A program made the position numbers and the translations under genes. From positions 194,239 to 258,238 of the forward strand of contig JAUIER010000002.1 of NCBI GenBank assembly GCA_030429765.1: DNA of 64,000 bases, given 5' to 3'. How positions within the stretch are numbered: the first letter of the stretch is position 1; each line of letters opens with the position of its first letter. The DNA comes from a bacterium. Lineage in GTDB: Bacteria > Omnitrophota > Gorgyraeia > Zapsychrales > Zapsychraceae. Below, piece by piece: positions 63,148 to 64,000 of this stretch. The notes under the pieces were generated by a model that ran no database searches, was not told where the DNA came from, and was given only the letters and a program-made list of their open reading frames with translations.

Positions 63148-63237
63148 TTAAAGTAATACGCTAGATTCATCCCAGGAAAAGATTTCTCTTTCTTCGTTCG
63201 TTGTCTGGATAGGTTTATCCTCTTTCCATTCTGCCAT
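63148..63237 (-). CDS. candidate 29-aa small protein (MAEWKEDKPIQTTNEEREIFSWDESSVLL)
   Basis: A GGAGG Shine-Dalgarno site sits 5 nt before the ATG, and the ORF ends about 27 nt before the terminator. The ORF is absent from the track because of its size. There is no homology evidence. Confidence 0.2.
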   Translation of the reverse strand: MAEWKEDKPIQTTNEEREIFSWDESSVLL

Positions 63238-63443
63238 AGTAGCCTCCAATCTTTGTGGTACCTTAATTAAGTACGAATTGCTTAATTCTCAAGGTACTGA
63301 AGAATATAATACATTTAGACTAAAATGCAAGGACTTTTTAGAGCAGAGTTGTAAACTATTGCTATATATTGCTTTAAAATCCAGTCAAAATAGGCATTCA
63401 ATAGCGTACTTCTTGAGCGCCTTAAAATTGGGCAATCTCCTCT

Positions 63444-63731
63444 CTACTTTGACAGATCCTTCTTGTAGGCGCAATCTTGGTCTCCGGGCCATGATTTGTG
63501 AAGAATATCCCGGATAGGAACGCATCGAAAAGGCCGTCCGCCAACCGTTTTATGCAGTCCGAAACGTTCGGTGTAAATCGAGCAGTAATATCCCCCCTTC
63601 TTGAACCGACGCAAATGTTCACACGGGTCACCCTCTACTACACCGCAACATGCCCCGCAACGAGAACACCTGGCTTCCCACTCGCGTTGACATTGCTCCA
63701 GAAATTTTTGATACTCACGATCGTCACTCAT
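63444..63731 (-). CDS. YkgJ-family Cys-cluster (CxxCxxCC) protein
   Basis: CSRCGACCG plus additional Cys and His residues; 95 aa. Confidence 0.5.
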   Translation of the reverse strand: MSDDREYQKFLEQCQREWEARCSRCGACCGVVEGDPCEHLRRFKKGGYYCSIYTERFGLHKTVGGRPFRCVPIRDILHKSWPGDQDCAYKKDLSK

Positions 63732-63741
63732 CTAAAAACTG

Positions 63742-63984
63742 CTATTGTTCTGCCACCAAAACCTTGTACTTACGCGCCATCGACTTTTGTTTGACATACA
63801 TCAAATCACGTTGCCGAAACCAATAGGTTCGGCTGAAGTACTTGGCAAATCCGGCCTCGGCGGCCCAATAAATCTTAACGGCTTCAACCGATTCGCCGTT
63901 CACATGAATCGTTTCAAGCCCCTGACTTTCGGCCACCATTTTATAAACCTTCAGATTATCATGACGTATCCCCCAAAACGTCAT
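63742..63984 (-). CDS. hypothetical protein, possibly the 3' part of a longer gene that extends past the right window edge
   Basis: 80-aa ORF. The frame stays open for the 5 codons between its ATG and the window end, so the M may be internal. Confidence 0.3.
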   Translation of the reverse strand: MTFWGIRHDNLKVYKMVAESQGLETIHVNGESVEAVKIYWAAEAGFAKYFSRTYWFRQRDLMYVKQKSMARKYKVLVAEQ

Positions 63985-64000
63985 CCGCTCCTGCCCCGAT

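Overview
This 64-kb window is almost entirely core genome, and every gene I can support (about 70) lies on the minus strand. Reading in transcription order (high to low coordinate), the window holds the following.

- **Right edge (about 62994-64000):** a partial hypothetical CDS, a YkgJ-like Cys-cluster protein, a 29-aa small ORF with a Shine-Dalgarno site, and a rho-independent terminator.
- **57026-62993:** an AddA/AddB-like helicase-nuclease pair whose two genes overlap in an ATGGATAA junction.
- **50304-56974:** housekeeping genes yggS, proC, mtnP, a DksA-like gene, lspA, rluD, a coiled-coil membrane protein and aroA.
- **44934-50136:** the cell-shape block mreB-mreC-mreD-mrdA-rodA.
- **30340-44847:** a complete type IV pilus (T4P) locus directly downstream of rodA. 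It comprises a stand-alone T2SSE_N/MshEN-like domain protein, two tandem PilB/GspE-type ATPases, pilC, a secreted coiled-coil protein, the major pilin with its own promoter and flanking terminators, two minor pilins, a 566-aa PilX_N-domain protein, a small TM protein and pilMNOPQ.
- **19571-30223:** housekeeping genes rng, rplU, obg, proB, proA, nadD, a phosphohexomutase, plsC, rpsA (with terminator) and tyrS.
- **1-19407:** tRNA-Thr, rpmG, tRNA-Trp, secE-nusG-rplKAJL-rpoBC, rpsL-rpsG-fusA-tuf, and the start of the S10 operon (rpsJ-rplC-rplD-rplW-rplB-rpsS-rplV, with rpsC partial at the left edge).

The host is a diderm bacterium (it has a secretin and LspA) with a GC content I judge by eye, without counting, to be moderate. 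I cannot assign a taxon from sequence alone. I found no CRISPR array, transposase, integrase or recognisable defence operon.

The most interesting block is the T4P locus. Its unusual points are two full-length extension-type ATPases in tandem with no PilT in the window, a stand-alone MshEN-like domain gene translationally coupled to the first ATPase, a secreted coiled-coil gene coupled to pilC, and a large Gly/Thr/Asn-rich PilX_N protein. Which of these are novel rather than merely divergent cannot be decided without database searches.
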